Source: Octopus sinensis (taxonomy: Eukaryota). From it: 18,970 nucleotides of DNA. Position 1 is the first letter of the stretch; each line of letters opens with the position of its first letter. The stretch covers positions 1 through 18,970 of the forward strand of contig NW_021824391.1 of NCBI RefSeq assembly GCF_006345805.1. Reading direction: 5' to 3'. Below, piece after piece: positions 8,447 through 18,970 of the stretch. The position numbers and the translations under genes were made by a program. The notes beneath the pieces are model-generated. The model was not told the origin of the DNA and did not search any database. It saw nothing but the letters and a program-made list of their open reading frames with translations.

Positions 8447-8461
8447 ATATATATGTGCGTA

Positions 8462-8870
8462 TCTCTCTCTAATATAAACGGCAGTTTGTCTGTGTGCCGG
8501 TCTGTGTGTCTGTCAGTTGTCTCACCCCTCACCCTGACCACGGCTTTCAACCGATTCTGATGAAATTAACACACACATAGCCCAATGTCATAATTCAAAA
8601 CTAACGCAGCGAAAAGTTTGAAAAGTTCCCCCAGTTCTGAAAAAAATGATAAATTCGACATGGGGTCGAGAATCTAAGCTTTTTATATGCAACACATTTT
8701 CTGTTGGAGACAGCTAGGAACATCGTATACTTAGAATTATGTTCGAGTGAAGAGAAGACGTTGAACCTACACATGCGCCTTCGTTCCCTGGAGGGAAAGA
8801 ACTAGATTGGGATTAGTCGTTGCCTACTAGGGGCTCTTACATACCCGGCAACGTCGGGTTATGCTGCTAG
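8462..8870 (+). mobile_element. Non-autonomous Helitron, variant with a different internal segment
   Basis: Starts A|TCTCTCTCTAATATAAACGGCAG, has hairpin CCCGGC-AAC-GTCGGG (8844-8858) and ends CTAG|T (8867-8871). The first ~210 bp match the other copies. Confidence 0.88.
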
Positions 8871-8887
8871 TATACATATAAAACAAA

Positions 8888-9058
8888 TACAGATTGGCTG
8901 TGTGGTAAGAAGCTTACTTCCCCATCACATGGTTCTGGGTTCAGTCCCACTGTGTGGCACTTCGGCAAGTGTCTTCTACTATATGTATCCTCGTCTCACA
9001 TTGACCAAGGCCTTGTGAGTGAACTTGGTTGAAGGAAACTGAAAGAAGCCATCGTATA
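8888..9058 (+). mobile_element. tRNA-derived SINE, 5' half
   Basis: A-box TGGCTGTGTGG (8895-8905), B-box GGTTCAGTCCC (8938-8948). Homologous to 9572-9716 (inverted) and 14030-14180. Confidence 0.88.
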
Positions 9059-9088
9059 TATAATATATATATAATTTATGTATGTTAG

Positions 9089-9122
<34 letters not shown>

Positions 9123-9309
9123 ACATATATATACGTATGTGTATATATATATATATAGTATGTATATATGATGTATAATGTATGTTAATATATATGTATG
9201 TATATATATATATATTATGTATATATAATATAATGTATGTATGTAATATATATATATATATATGTAGTATATATGTATATATATATATATATGTATGTAT
9301 TATATTATA

Positions 9310-9716
9310 TTCTTTTACTCTTTTACTTGTTTCAAGTCATTTGACTGTGGCCGCCGTGCTGGGCACACCGCCTTTAGTCGAGAAAATCGATCCCAGGACT
9401 TATTTTTTGTAAGCCCAGTACTTATTCTATCAGTCTCTTTTGCCGAGCCGCTAAGTTACGAGGACGTAAACACACCAGCATCGGTTGTCAAGCGATGGTG
9501 GGGGTTACAAACACAGACACACAAACTCACTCATGTATATATATATATGTATATATATACACACATATATACGACGGGCTTCTTTCAGTTTCCGTCTACC
9601 AAATCCACTCACAAAGCTTTGGTCGGCCCGAGGCCTCAGCAGAAGACACTTGCCCAAGGTGCCACGCAGTGGGACTGAACCCGGAACCATGTGGTTGGTA
9701 AGCAAACTACTTATCA
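9310..9716 (-). mobile_element. Near full-length tRNA-derived SINE with an internal microsatellite
   Basis: B-box at 9681-9671, head homologous to the 8888 copy, internal (TA/TG)n, 3' part homologous to 14210-14403, tail (GTAAAAGA)n. Confidence 0.9.
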
Positions 9717-9754
9717 CACACACAAGCACACACAAACACACGTACATATGTAAG

Positions 9755-9852
9755 ATGGGCTTCCACACAGTTTCCCTCTACCAAATCCAATCACAAGGCT
9801 TCAGTTGGCCCAGGGCTAGAGTGGAGACACTTGACTAAGGTCCTACACAGTG
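9755..9852 (-). mobile_element. SINE fragment, same family
   Basis: ctaccaaatccaatcacaaggct..gagacacttg matches 9596-9660. Confidence 0.8.
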
Positions 9853-9859
9853 TATCTGT

Positions 9860-10895
9860 GTTCCTCCCAACTCTCTCTCCCCTTCTCTCTCTCTCTCCCT
9901 CCTTCCCTCCCTAACTTCTGATCTGTCTATCTTTCTCTATCTCCCCTCTGCCTGTACCTATCTGCTTGTCTCTTTCTCCCTCTGTCTCTCACTCTCCCTC
10001 TCTCTCATTCTCTCTCTCTTTGTCTCCCTGTTTCTTCCTCTCTCCCTGTTGCTACTATTTCTTTATCTCTATCTTTCTGTCTGTCTGTCTGTCTCTCTCT
10101 CTCTTACACTACACAGCAGGTATTATTATCTATCTGTCTGTCAATCCTCCCCCCTCTCTCTCTCTCTATATATATATATAATTATCTATCTGTCTGTCTA
10201 TCCCTCTCTTTCTCTCACTCTCTCTATCTATCTGTCTGTCTGTCTATACCTCTCTCTATATATATGTCTGTCTGTCTATACCTCTCTCTCTCTTCTATCT
10301 ATCTGTCTGTCTAGCACCTTCTCTTTCTCTTCTCTCTCTATCTGTCTGTATGTGTCTGTCTATCCCTCTCTCTCTCTCTGTGTGTCTATCCTTCTCTTTC
10401 TCTCTCTCTCTATCTGTCTGTCTCTCTATCTATCCCTCTCTCTCTCTCTAGCCTTCTCTTTCTCTCTCTCTCTCTATCTGTCTGTCCTGTCTGTCTGTCT
10501 ATCACCTCTCTCTCTCTCTCCTCTGTGTCTATCCTTCTCTTCTCTCTCTCTCTATCTGTCTGTCTCTCTATCTATCCCTCTCTCTCTCTCTAGCCTTCTC
10601 TTTCTCTCTGTCTGTCTGTCTGTCTGTCTATCCCTCTCTCTATCTGTCTGTCTATCCTTCTCTTTCTTTCTTTTCCCTCTCTGTCTATCTATCTATCTAT
10701 CTATCTATCTGTCTGTCTGTCTGTCTCTATCTATCTATCTATTTATCTGTCTATCTATCTATCTATCTGTCTCTATCTATCTGTCTCTCTGTCTATCTAT
10801 CTATCTGTCTGTCTGTCTGTCTCTATCTATCTATCTATCTGTCTATCTATCTATCTATCTATCTGTCTGTCTGTCTGTTTGTCCCTTTCTTTCTC
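9860..10895. repeat. Pyrimidine-rich compound microsatellite (CT)n/(TCTG)n/(TCTA)n
   Basis: Direct inspection. Confidence 0.95.
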
Positions 10896-10944
10896 AGTGT
10901 CCATCACACCCTCTCTCTTGCATTAGCATGATTTGAAAGTGATC

Positions 10945-11500
10945 AAGCTACCCCTCCCACCACCACCCCCACCGTCTGCCTCCCCAATCCTATCTCCCCC
11001 GTCCCTCCCCAGGCATTAGTGGGTGGTGGTGGGGGGGGCAGGGGGGCGTTGCAGTTTGTCCAGAAAGAGAGGATAAAAAGAAAACAAACAAACAAACAAA
11101 CAGAAAGAGCCCCGTATACTTCGTTCGTCCCTTTCCTACTATGTCTAGCGGGTGCGCATCCACCACCACCGCCAACTACCCTACCGCACCACCACCGCCG
11201 CCGCACCACCACGCATGCCCGTCTCCCCAACACCCACCCACCCCCCGTCTGCTCGCCCCACCCCCACCCCGACTCCACAGACACACTTCCTCGCCCGTCA
11301 CCCCCACCTCCATCTCACTCCTCCGCACGCACGCACGCCTGACCCCCCCACGCCCCCATCCCCCACTTCCACCCGCCCGCCAACCCCCCCTTCAACTGCC
11401 CCTGCCCACTGCCCTCCTCCTCCTCCTCCAATTTGGCGGACTGCATCTCTAAACAGCAGCCCGAACACACATCACAACTATTCGACGCTCCGCTGAGCAA
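10945..11500. promoter_or_regulatory. GC/CpG-rich, C-skewed island, putative regulatory region
   Basis: Many CpGs and C-runs against an AT-rich background. Not homologous to other repeats in the window. Function is inferred only. Confidence 0.35.
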
Positions 11501-11534
11501 TTAACAGGTAGAATGAATTAAAAATAGCAGTGTC

Positions 11535-11686
11535 AATAACAAACAACAACCACAACAGCAGCAACAACAACAACAACAGCAATAATAATAATAATAATAA
11601 TAATAATATAATAATATAGAAACGATGATGATAATTGTTTGTATAATAATAATGATGATGATGATGATGATGAGATGATGATAATA

Positions 11687-11717
<31 letters not shown>

Positions 11718-12473
11718 TAATAATTATAATTATAATATTAATAATTATAATAATATATAATAATTATAATAATAATAATAATGATAATATAATAATAATT
11801 ATAATAATAGATAATAATAATAATTATAATAATAATATAATTATTATAATAATAATAATGATAATAAAATAATAATAATTATAATAATAATGATAATAAT
11901 ATATAATATAATTATTATTATAATAATAATTATTATATAATAATATAATATATAATAATAATTATTATTATATAATAATAATAATGATAATAATATAATA
12001 ATATAATATATAATAATAATAATATAATAAAAAACGATGATGAGATAATTGTTTGTATAATAATAATGATGATGATGATGATTATGATGATGATTATGAT
12101 GATAATAATAATGAAATAATAAAATAGAAATGATAATAAAGATGATGATGATGATGATGATAAAATCATTTCTGTAACGGTAATATTGATGATGATGATG
12201 ATGATGATTTCATTTATTCGTTACATGGGCGAAGGATATGTGGGGGGGGAGGGGGACAAAGTACAAAGACAGACATAGAGTGTGGATGACGACGATGATG
12301 TTGATGATGACGCTGCTGATAAAGGTAGTTCCTCTAATAATAATAATAATAATAATAATAATATATAATAATAATAATAATAGCAAAAAATTAAAACGAT
12401 GATGATGATAACAGTTCTTGTACTACTACTACTACTACTAAAATAATAATATAATAATAATAATGATGATGAT

Positions 12474-12538
<65 letters not shown>

Positions 12539-12653
12539 AATAATAATATAATAATAATAATAATAGCAAAAAATTAAACGATGATGTGATAACTTTCTTG
12601 TACTACTACTACTACTACTACTACTACTAATAATAATAATAATAATAATAATA

Positions 12654-12688
<35 letters not shown>

Positions 12689-12761
12689 AATAATAATAAT
12701 TGGTGCTAGATTAAAAAATAATAATCGTAATAATAATAATAGTGATAATTGATATTTCCTA

Positions 12762-12796
<35 letters not shown>

Positions 12797-12877
12797 ATAA
12801 TAATAATAATATAATAATCCTTTCTACTTTAGGCACAAGGCCTGAAATTTGAATAACAATAAAAAATAGTTCTTCAT

Positions 12878-12914
<37 letters not shown>

Positions 12915-12927
12915 TAATAATAATAAT
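11535..12927. repeat. (AAT)n/(GAT)n/(TAC)n/(CAA)n compound microsatellite with local duplications
   Basis: Direct inspection. aatagcaaaaaatta..ttcttgtactac occurs at ~12378 and ~12562, and aaacgatgatga..taattgtttgtataat occurs at ~11619 and ~12032. Confidence 0.95.
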
Positions 12928-13141
12928 GGTTGTAAAATTTGCCACAAGAGCTGCCATTTTGGAGGAGGGGATAAGTCAATCACATCAACCCCAGTATGTA
13001 ACTGGTACTTAATTTATCAACCCTGAAAGGATGAAAGGCAAAGCTGACCACAGCAGAATTTGAACTCAGAACATAAAGATAGGCGAAATACCGCTAAGCA
13101 GCTCACCTGGCATCCTAACGATTCTGCCAGCTTGCCACCTT
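12928..13141 (-). mobile_element. tRNA-derived SINE, second family
   Basis: Minus strand starts AAGGTGGCAAGCTGGCAGAATCGTTAG, has a B-box-like GAGTTCAAATTC and ends in (ATT)n. Confidence 0.78.
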
Positions 13142-13162
13142 GATAATAATGATAATAATAAT

Positions 13163-13471
13163 TCTATTTATTTATGTGCCCTTTTCAAGCCTAGCCAGGC
13201 TCATGGGCCCGGTTTCCCGGTTTCTGTGGTGTATGTGTTCCCCACACCTGGATGTGATGCCAGTGCATCGCAGTGTTACTCAAGAAACAGGAAGAGAGAG
13301 TGAGAGAAAGTTGGGGCGAAAGAGTACAACAGTGGTTGCCACTACCCCCTGCCAGAGCCTCGTGGAGCTTTAGATGTTTTCCTTCAATAAACACACACAA
13401 CGCCCGGTCTGGGAATTGAAACCCCGATCCGCCGGCCGTGAGTCCGCTGCCCTACCACTGGGCCATTGCTC
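13163..13471 (-). mobile_element. tRNA-derived SINE, third family
   Basis: Minus strand has A-box TGGCCCAGTGG, B-box GGTTTCAATTCC and a (TAAA)n tail at ~13165-13174. Confidence 0.82.
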
Positions 13472-13799
13472 ATTCGACAATAATAATAGCAATAATAATA
13501 ATAATAAGAAGAAGAATTCCTATGATGATGATAATGATGAAGATTCACTCATTATTGGCCACGTGGGCCACAAATAAACATTTCGCAAAAGAAGAAAAAA
13601 AAAAACTATGCAAAGACACACACACACACACACACACACACGTGCACACAACAACACACACCACACACACATACAAAAGATGTGGAGATTTACATAGAAA
13701 CATGTAAACAATTCTACAATAACAATTTACCTAAAAGAAAAAAAAAAAGAAAAGGTTTTAATGATGGTGATGAGGATGATGATGGTGATCATCATGGCT

Positions 13800-14020
13800 G
13801 ATTGACCGAACTGCATTATTTCCGGCTGCCCCCGGCCCTTTGCCAAATTCAAGTTTGTTCACCGACATATTCAAACCAGCAGGACTGTCCATTGGGCAAG
13901 ATGCCGATACCTCAACGTGGATACGGACGAAAAGTGCAGAAAGAATTGTGAGCAAGCCACACACTGAAACATGAGACATGGCTACACCTTGACTGCATTG
14001 ATCTTGGACATGACCACAAT
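13800..14020 (+). mobile_element. Degenerate fragment of an RLE-type (R4/NeSL/R2-group) non-LTR retrotransposon
   Basis: The frame from 13812 reads CIISGCPRPFAKFKFVHRHIQTSRTVHWARCRYLNV, matching the [H]IISGC...RH......[VI]HW..C motif that follows the CCHC knuckle and precedes the restriction-like endonuclease. Confidence 0.65.
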
Positions 14021-14029
14021 TATTTTAGC

Positions 14030-14403
14030 CCTGTCGTAAGAAGCCTGTTTCCCAACCACATGTCTCCGGGTTCAGTCCCACTGCATGGCACCTTGGCCAA
14101 GTGTCTTCTACTATAGCCTCAGGCCGACCAAAGTTTTGTCAGTTGATTTGGTGAATGGAAACTGAACGAACCCCATCGTATATATTCATGTATGTTAGTT
14201 TATCTGTATTTGTTCCCCCCACCATCACTTGACAACAGATGCTGGTGTGTTTACATCGCCGTAACTTAGCGGTTCATCAAAAGTAACTATAGATAGATAA
14301 GTACTAGGATTATAAAGGATGAGTCCCTGGGGGGGCAATTTGCTTGACTAAAGGCAGTGCTTCAGCATGCACAGAGTCAAATGAAAATGAACAAGTAAAA
14401 GAA
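14030..14403 (+). mobile_element. tRNA-derived SINE, same family as 9310-9716
   Basis: B-box GGTTCAGTCCC, conserved body, tail AAGTAAAAGA. Confidence 0.88.
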
Positions 14404-14421
14404 TATATATGTATGTGTATA

Positions 14422-14458
<37 letters not shown>

Positions 14459-14461
<3 letters not shown>

Positions 14462-14588
14462 GGTGAAGGCGGGGTTGTGTGGTAATAACTTGCTTACCAA
14501 CCACATGGGCATGTGTCTTCTACTATAGCCTTGGGCCAACCAAAGCCTTGTGAGTGGATTTGGTAGATGGAACTGAAACAAGCCCATC

Positions 14589-14590
<2 letters not shown>
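14459..14590 (+). mobile_element. SINE head with an internal deletion removing the B-box
   Basis: ccacatgg is joined directly to gcatgtgtcttctactatagcc. Confidence 0.85.
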
Positions 14591-14672
<82 letters not shown>

Positions 14673-14684
14673 GCGCCAGCAACG

Positions 14685-14950
14685 GTTCCTCTACATGGTA
14701 GAAATAGTAACCAACTTAATCCTCCCAATCTAATTGAACAGATCGAAATAGCAGCCAATTTGACCTCGAATCACACCCTACCATCTTTAGAAGGAAAATA
14801 CAACAGAAATAGGCCATATTGAATAATATAGAGACAGTTTTCCTGCAAGAAAGAAAACAAAAGGGATGGTCACATTTGGAATGCATTTGATCACAGGTTT
14901 GCTCACTCATGGAGAGACCTGGGGCTAAACAGAAAAACAACAACAACAAC
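14685..14950 (+). mobile_element. SINE-like 3' fragment ending in (CAA)n, seed of the downstream array
   Basis: Shares motifs with 10-140 and ends gacctggggctaaac..(CAA)n. Confidence 0.55.
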
Positions 14951-16625
14951 TGCTACCATTGTAATCATGACTATTATGGAAAGTAACCAGAAGGGATGGT
15001 CACATTTGGAACGTATTTGATCACATGTATTCGTGGTCATGGTGAGACTTGGGGTTAAACAACAATGATGACCACTAATATGATAATCACCACTATCACA
15101 CAAAGCAACTACAAGGGATGGCCACATTTGGAATGTGTTTGATCACAGGGATTTCTTAGCTATGGCGAGACCTAGGGCTGAATAATTACAACAGCAATAA
15201 CCACTATCATCATAACGATTGCTATAGTAGGAAGTAAGCAGAAGGGATGGTCACATTTGGAATGTGTTTGATCAAAGGACCTGCTCCGTCATGGAGAGAC
15301 CTGGGGTTAAATGATTACAACAGCAATAACCACTATCATCCTAACAATTGCTATAGTAGAAAGTTAGCAGAAGGGATGGTCACATTTGGAATGTGTTTGA
15401 TCAAAGGACCTGCTCGGTCATGGAGAGACCTGGGGTTAAATAATTACAACAGCAATAACCACTACCATCATAACGATTGCCATAGTAGAAAGTTAGCAGA
15501 AGGGATGGTCACATTTGGAATGTGTTTGATCAAACGACCTGCTCGGTCATGGAGAGACCTGGGGTTAAATAATTACAACAGCAATAACCACTACCATCAT
15601 AACGATTGCTATAGTAGAAAGTTAGCAGAAGGGATGGTCACATTTGGAATGTGTTTGATCAAAGGACCTGCTCGGTCATGGAGAGACCTGGGGTTAAATA
15701 ATTACAACAGCAATAACCACTATCATCATAACGATTGCTATAGTAGAAAGTTAGTAGAAGGGATGGTCACATTTGGAATGTGTTTGATCAAAGGACCTGC
15801 TCAGTCATGGAGAGACCTGGGGTTAAATAATTACAACAGCAATAACCACTATCATCATAACGATTGCTACAGTAGAAAGTTAGCAGAAGGGATGGTCACA
15901 TTTGGAATGTTTGATCAAAGGACCTGCTCGGTCATGGAGAGACCTGGGGTTAAATAATTACAACAATAACCACTATCATCATAACAATTGTTATAGTAGA
16001 AAGTAAGCGAGGGGGATGGTCACATTTGGAATGTGTTTGATCAAAGGACCTGCTCGGTCATGGAGAGACCTGGGATTAAATAATTACAACAATAACCACT
16101 ATCATCATAACGATTGTTATAGTAGAAAGTAAGCAGAAGGGATGGTCACATTTGGAATGTGTTTGATCAAAGGACCTGCTTGGACATGGAGAGACCTGGG
16201 GTTAAATAATTACACAGCAATAACCACTACCATCATAACGATTGCTACAGTAGAAAGTAAGCAGAAGGGATGGTCACATTTGGAATGTGTTTGATCAAAG
16301 GACCTGCTCGGACATGGAGAGACCTGGGGTTAAATAATTACAACAGCAATAACCACTACCATCATAACGATTGCTATAGTAGAAAGTAAGCAGAAGGGAT
16401 GGTCACATTTGGAATGTGTTTGATCAAAGGACCTGCTTGGACATGGAGAGACCTGGGGTTAAATAATCACAGCAGCAACAACAATCACTAGCATTGTAAC
16501 CATTGCTATCATACAAAGCAATACTGGAGGGATTGCCACATTAGGAATGCATTTGATCACAGGGCATGCTTGACCACAGTGAGGCCTAGGGCTGAAAAAT
16601 AACAACAACACAACAGCAATCACTA
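14860..16625. repeat. 129-bp minisatellite, ~14 units (10 homogeneous)
   Basis: GAAGGGATGGTCACATTTGGAATG recurs at 15241, 15370, 15499, 15628 and onward. Diverged units lie at ~14861, 14990, 15113 and 16527. Confidence 0.96.
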
Positions 16626-17008
16626 CTGTCATAACCCTCCCCACCCCACCCCCTTCCCCACCGGCTATCATACATGACAGCTCTCTACCCACATCATCAC
16701 TCTACCCCCACTTCATTTCTTCTCCCCTCCTCCTCCTCTTCCTCCTGCCACCCCAGCACCATTGGGCCTACCTACCACCACCACCACCACCACCACCACC
16801 ACCACCCACACACACACACACATTCCACTTCCGCCCCCTCATCTGCCCCCCACCGCTTCCTACTTTGTACCGATTCCGCAGAAAAAAAGCATCGTATATC
16901 ACACATGTCAAAATTTTTGTACTGATGTAACCATTTTCAATTGATGGCTAGGTTAGTGGAAGGCGTGGATGAATGGCTAGCGGAGTGCCTGTAGTGGAGC
17001 GTTGAAGC

Positions 17009-17241
17009 TATATACATACATATAAATATATATATATATGTGCATCTTATATACACATATATATATATATATTATATATATATATAATATATATATATGT
17101 ATATATGTGTGTGTATGTATATACATATATACATATCTACATAAACACACATGTGTGTATTTATATATATCTGTCTATATATATGTGTGTGTATGTGTAT
17201 ATATATATATGTATTTATTTATATAGACATCTCACACTCTT

Positions 17242-17288
<47 letters not shown>

Positions 17289-17716
17289 ATATATGTATAT
17301 AAATATATGTGTGCGTGTGTGTATACATGTATATAAATATGTGTGTGTATATATATATATGTGTGTACATAAATATGTGTGTGTGTGTGTATATGTGTAT
17401 ATAATATATGTGTGTGTGTGTGTGCGTATGTGTGTATTATATACATATATTTCAAACTCATCTCACTGGCTCCTTTTTCTTTCTCTCTCTATCCACACTC
17501 TCTTTTTTTAAGCAGAGCAATCACACACACACACACACACCACACACACACACACACCACAAATGGGATCCATACGTGTGTGGTGTGTGTGTGTGGATAT
17601 ACTTTTAACTTGAATTAAAAACCTAATGTTAAATTTCCAAAATCATTTTTCTGTTATTACTACACTTGTCACTCATTTTTGTTGAAACTATGTGTGTATA
17701 CATGTGTATACATGCA

Positions 17717-17749
<33 letters not shown>

Positions 17750-18310
17750 TATATATATATATATTGTGTGTGTGTTGCAATATATAAATATACACACATA
17801 CATATATATATATAAAGATACACATATTCTCTCTACACCATATATATATACTTATACGCATGCATATATACCATATATACACACATATACATCTACACAC
17901 ATACATATGCATACCCACACAGCATATATATATAGATACATATACATTTATATATACATATATGAACATATATATATATATATCATATATATATTAGATA
18001 GGATAGATATATATATATATATATTATATATATAAGCACACTTACACAAATATATTGTATATATATTCATAGATTAGACTCACAAATATAAGTGTGTAAT
18101 ATTGATGCACACTTTCACAAATATGTGTACATATATATTTATAATATACATATATGTGTTTATATGTATGTGTATACTTACACCTATATTTATGAATATG
18201 TATATAAGATTATACATACATGCGTGCATACATATATGTATGTATATGTGTTTGTACGTGCATGCAAGTATACATGTCTTATACACACACATGTGTGTGT
18301 ATGTGTGTAT
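17009..18310. repeat. (TA)n/(TG)n/(CA)n microsatellite field
   Basis: Direct inspection. Confidence 0.95.
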
Positions 18311-18513
18311 CCATCCTTATAACTGGTGTTAGTTTGTTTACATTCCTGCAAGAGGAGAGGGAGACTAAGCATCAGGCTTGCAAATATAAAAGATTTCGTC
18401 AAACTGGTTGAGTACAACCTTTAAGTAAGGTCACAGTCAAAGGATTGAAATTTGTAAAAGAATAAAAGAAAAGAAATTAAGAACTAGAGATAGACAAGCC
18501 CTACACCAGCATG

Positions 18514-18970
18514 AACATTGTTGATAGTGGTGGCCAAAATCTCCCTTTAACTGAGCATAGAAATTTCCATTCTGAGACAACCTGTGAAACTAACCTAAAC
18601 CAGAGAACATAGGTATCGTCAAATTGCAACCACCAGCAGAAGTTTTCTCTTGGTGAATTTCAAAAATATTGTTGATAGTGGTGCCAAAATCTCCCTTTAA
18701 CTTGCATAGAAATTCCAAATTCTGAGACAACCTGTGAAACTAACCTAAACCAGAGAACAGAGTATCGTCAATTGCAACCACCAGCAGAAGTTTTCTCTTG
18801 GTGAATTTCAAAAACATTGTTGATAGTGGGGCCAAAATCTCCCTTTAACTGAGCATAGAAAATTCAAATTCTGAGACAACCTGTGAAACTAACCTAAACC
18901 AGAGAACCGAGGTATCATTACAATTGCAACCACCAGCAGAAGTTTTCTCTTGGTGAATTTCAAAAACATT
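18514..18970. repeat. ~150-bp tandem repeat, at least 3 units, runs off the window
   Basis: ATTGTTGATAGTGG recurs with periods of 151 and 148, and a fourth unit starts at the window edge (period 152). Confidence 0.96.

Noticed and set aside
8557-8635. CTGATGA...GAAA within the Helitron copies
   Set aside because: No stem I complementarity, and the stem II register is wrong.
10049-10936. 295-aa Leu/Ser-rich ORF
   Set aside because: It is a translation of CT/TCTA microsatellite.
13400-13471. tRNA gene
   Set aside because: The A/B boxes belong to a SINE head that continues into a body and tail, with no complete cloverleaf. The same applies to the other SINE heads.
15241-16460. CRISPR-like regular array
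   Set aside because: Whole units are repeated with no unique spacers, there are no cas genes, and the context is eukaryotic.

Overview
AT-rich, repeat-saturated eukaryotic DNA. The SINE families resemble, from my recall and not from a search, those of a coleoid cephalopod such as Octopus. The window reads as part of a long intron of a minus-strand gene, with one well-supported 54-nt coding exon (6132-6185). Most of the window is microsatellites, minisatellites (49/98, 129 and ~150 bp units), tRNA-derived SINEs, two CR1-type LINE 3' ends, three non-autonomous Helitrons and a perfect 110-bp inverted repeat. Nearly all listed ORFs are repeat artefacts. The main unexpected signal is a cluster of five hammerhead-ribozyme-like motifs in the first 4.3 kb. 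Each sits in a 190-270 bp island beside (TA)n tracts and has the loop-less, palindromic or near-palindromic stem III typical of dimer-acting Penelope-like-element hammerheads. Together they show three identities of the catalytic 3-8 base pair (C-G, U-A, G-C). A candidate recursive splice site (AG|GT) lies on the same strand as the exon.
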